This document shows, piece after piece, positions 61,700 to 64,000 of a stretch of DNA of 64,000 nucleotides; positions within the stretch are counted from its first letter, which is position 1, and every line of letters starts with the position of its first letter. Location of the stretch: assembly GCA_963804955.1 (NCBI GenBank), contig CAWDSQ010000014.1, positions 160,001-224,000 of the forward strand. Direction: 5' to 3'. The notes below the pieces were generated by a model. It was given only the letters and a program-made list of their open reading frames with translations. It ran no database searches and was not told where the DNA came from. A program made the translations under genes and the position numbers. The stretch is from an uncultured delta proteobacterium. GTDB lineage: Bacteria > Desulfobacterota > WTBG01 > CAIYCZ01 > CAIRTM01.

Positions 61700-63118
61700 A
61701 TGGAAGTCCAGAGTGAAATTAAAAAAGATGTAAAAAAGTTTGCAGGCATAGAAATTCCGCCGGATCTAACCAGGTCGAATTTTTTCTTTCTGTATGTAAA
61801 CACCGTTCTCATGGGTTTGTTAATGGCTGTTTCTGCCATCATCCAGCCGGCATTTTTAAGTGATATTGTTAAAATTAAACAGGATTTCGCCGGCTCCATA
61901 AATGGACTGCTGCAGAATATGAGCCAGATTGCCACCTTTGCGTTTGTGGCCATCATCGGGGTTTTGTCAGATAAACTGGGGCGAAAAATACTGGCATTTT
62001 CGGGATTCATAGTTGTTGCATTTTTTACCTTTCTCATGAGCCAGTCCAATAGCATTGCTTCGTTTCTGAATATTCCTGCCGAATTTTCCTCCCAGATATG
62101 CGCACTGCTCAGCTTTTTCCCGGGCAGGGCTGCTGAATTCACTGATTTCGCTCCCGGGTTGCTCTGCACCTATATCACCCGTTTTGTAATCGGCATCGGT
62201 CTTGTCCTTGCCTATCCTCAGTTTATTACCATGGTGGCTGACTATACCTATGAGAAGGACCGCGGCAAAGGCATGGCAATGAACGGAGCCAGTATGGGCA
62301 TTGCAGCGCTGCTGGTCTTTGTAATTCTCGCTCCAATCCAGAAAAAGGCTGGGGTTCTAAATCTCATGTATATTATTTCAGGAGTTGCAATTGCAGGTGC
62401 AATTTGCACGGGGGTATTTCTGAGAGATAGGATACAGGAATCAAAGCTAAAAAAAATCGGGTTTTTTAATATAATTCCGATGGTACGAAAAAGCCTGCCG
62501 ATTAAAACAAGTTATCTGTGTGCGCTGGTGACCAGGGCTGATATTATGGTTCTCACCGCATTTTTAGTGACTTGGGCTGTTAAATATGGCCAGCAGGTCA
62601 AAATGGCTTCAAACGACGCAACTATGAAATCAGCTATTCCAATGATAATCATGGGTGTTTTTTCATTGATTGCTTTTCCAATAGTCGGCATCATGATTGA
62701 CAAATGGGGCAGAATACAGATAATCATACTTGCTCTTTTTAGCAGCGCATTTGGGATGACTCTTCTCGCTTTGTCTCCTAATCCATTCAGTAGTGTCGTG
62801 TATTTTGCGGTCATATTTATTGCAATTGGCATGGCTGGATCTATAGCAGGAGCCAATGCTTTGGCAGCAGATAATTCCCCCCCGGGTATGGTGGGATCAA
62901 TTCTGGGAGGTCTTAATACCATGCAGCCAGTTGGAGTATTGTTTTTCCTTGGGCTTGGCGGATATTTATTTGACGTGTTTGGACCTGGATGGGCTTTTGG
63001 GCTGAAAGGTGCTGCAAGCTTGATGCTTGGCATATGGGTATTTGCTGTAAGGGGCAACCTTATGGGGGAGCTGCGGCAGGCACCCGGCCATTACCCCCCC
63101 CCCCCCCCGAGCAAATAG
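61700..63118 (+). CDS. MFS transporter
   Basis: About 12 TM segments; motif A GVLSDKLGRK and GIMIDKWGR. Confidence 0.92.
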   Translation: MEVQSEIKKDVKKFAGIEIPPDLTRSNFFFLYVNTVLMGLLMAVSAIIQPAFLSDIVKIKQDFAGSINGLLQNMSQIATFAFVAIIGVLSDKLGRKILAFSGFIVVAFFTFLMSQSNSIASFLNIPAEFSSQICALLSFFPGRAAEFTDFAPGLLCTYITRFVIGIGLVLAYPQFITMVADYTYEKDRGKGMAMNGASMGIAALLVFVILAPIQKKAGVLNLMYIISGVAIAGAICTGVFLRDRIQESKLKKIGFFNIIPMVRKSLPIKTSYLCALVTRADIMVLTAFLVTWAVKYGQQVKMASNDATMKSAIPMIIMGVFSLIAFPIVGIMIDKWGRIQIIILALFSSAFGMTLLALSPNPFSSVVYFAVIFIAIGMAGSIAGANALAADNSPPGMVGSILGGLNTMQPVGVLFFLGLGGYLFDVFGPGWAFGLKGAASLMLGIWVFAVRGNLMGELRQAPGHYPPPPPSK

Positions 63119-63366
63119 TGGCAACTGACAAAGGAATGTTATGAAGCCGTCTCAAATCGCTACAGATACGGCGATGCCCCAATTTTCTGGTTCGGCGAAT
63201 ATCAATAATGATATTTTCATCATAATTAGTGAGCATGAACAACCCCTTTTTATCAAAGCGTAAATGCGTGACTGTCAATAAATTAGAAGCCCCACAGCTC
63301 TCTGGAGATACCTGGTGGTATATAAAAAGCAAAAAGTCTGACTCCTTGCGGAATAATATATAACTA

Positions 63367-63399
63367 CCCAGCGCGCGGACTCGAACCACGGATACTGGG
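63367..63399 (-). other. tRNA-like minihelix (acceptor stem + T-arm only), possible tRNA remnant or att site
   Basis: Minus strand CCCAGT-ATC-CGTGG-TTCGAGT-CCGCG-C-GCTGGG; no D arm or anticodon arm. Confidence 0.45.
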
Positions 63400-63741
63400 A
63401 GCTTACTATAAAGCTTTGATTGCTTTATGTCAGAAATTTTGTAATTTTTTTGAGGAGAGTGACAGGTGTGTGACACGGCTGGGATAGCCGTATAAGGGGT
63501 AAGGGAACCGGCTAATTTTGTGAAGAATCATACAGGCCTAACTACTAGATAGAGTGTTTGGGCCTTTTCTCTAAAAAGTCAACATTACGTGATAGAATGT
63601 GGATATGCGAGACATGCCATGTCTCTGTCATTTAAGGGGTGAAGTCGGAACACAAGACCTCATACTGACCTGCGCCCCCTAACGAAAAAGCCTGCAAAAA
63701 TACGCCCCTCCATTCAAAATAAAGGCGGTCGGGGCGGCATA

Positions 63742-63999
63742 TCACATCGGGTTTTCATAAAAAACGTAGGTCGAAAAATCGCTGATCTCAAAATAAGTCT
63801 TTTTCTCACCCGGGTCCACCTGGTAGTTCAAATTCGCATCGATATGTCCGTAACCATAGCGGTATGAGCGTGCTTCAGGCTCGCCGGTACCGAGGGCCGT
63901 TGACATCTTATCGATTTTGATGAACCGCTTCACAAGCTTGTCGCCGGCATACACATCAACAACGCCGTTGGTGCCGGTCCAGTTTTGAATGCTGCGGCC
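63742..63999 (-). CDS. Hypothetical protein, 3' end (5' end outside window)
   Basis: Frame open to the window edge (RSIQNWTGTNGVVDVYAGDKLVKRF...YVFYENPM); GC-rich codon usage resumes here. Confidence 0.6.
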   Translation of the reverse strand, partial: GRSIQNWTGTNGVVDVYAGDKLVKRFIKIDKMSTALGTGEPEARSYRYGYGHIDANLNYQVDPGEKKTYFEISDFSTYVFYENPM

Positions 64000-64000
64000 C

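Noticed and set aside
63367..63399. Functional tRNA gene
   Set aside because: No D arm, anticodon arm or CCA; kept only as a remnant.
99..63476. Numerous antisense and overlapping ORFs in the six-frame track (e.g. 99-878, 41631-42569, 43099-43305, 63060-63476)
   Set aside because: Most are shadow ORFs of well-supported genes in GC-rich DNA; none shows motifs or a convincing RBS.

Overview
Window from an anaerobic deltaproteobacterium-like genome (inferred from the sigma-54 regulators, CFI-box-CTERM-like tail and DUF1302/DUF1329/MMPL modules). The GC-rich left part (1-42.6 kb) holds the acnA 3' end, a small formyltransferase/Cys-type NRPS locus with a PP-loop partner, secreted beta-propeller proteins, one YCF48-MMPL-DUF1302-DUF1329 module, assorted enzymes, a two-component system and the housekeeping block yajC-secD-secF-moeA-aspS. 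Many genes here carry frameshifts, most likely assembly indel errors because secF and moeA are also hit. The AT-richer right part (42.6-63.7 kb) has no visible frameshifts. It encodes a fused kinase/sigma-54 activator followed by 13 co-oriented genes: an OYE reductase, PadR, a BVR-B/ChuY-like reductase, a second MMPL-DUF1302-DUF1329-YCF48 module, a secreted ferrochelatase-fold protein, an RCCR/ferredoxin-dependent bilin reductase-like protein, a cupredoxin-fold protein, a split-barrel flavoprotein, a flavin reductase fused to a PCP_red domain, and an MFS transporter. The best candidates for an undescribed system are (1) an anaerobic tetrapyrrole (bilin, chlorophyll catabolite or heme) uptake-and-reduction pathway, present in two related versions, and (2) an OzmO/OzmP-like route to a thiazole from N-formyl-cysteine. 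All family calls come from reading motifs by eye; no searches were run.
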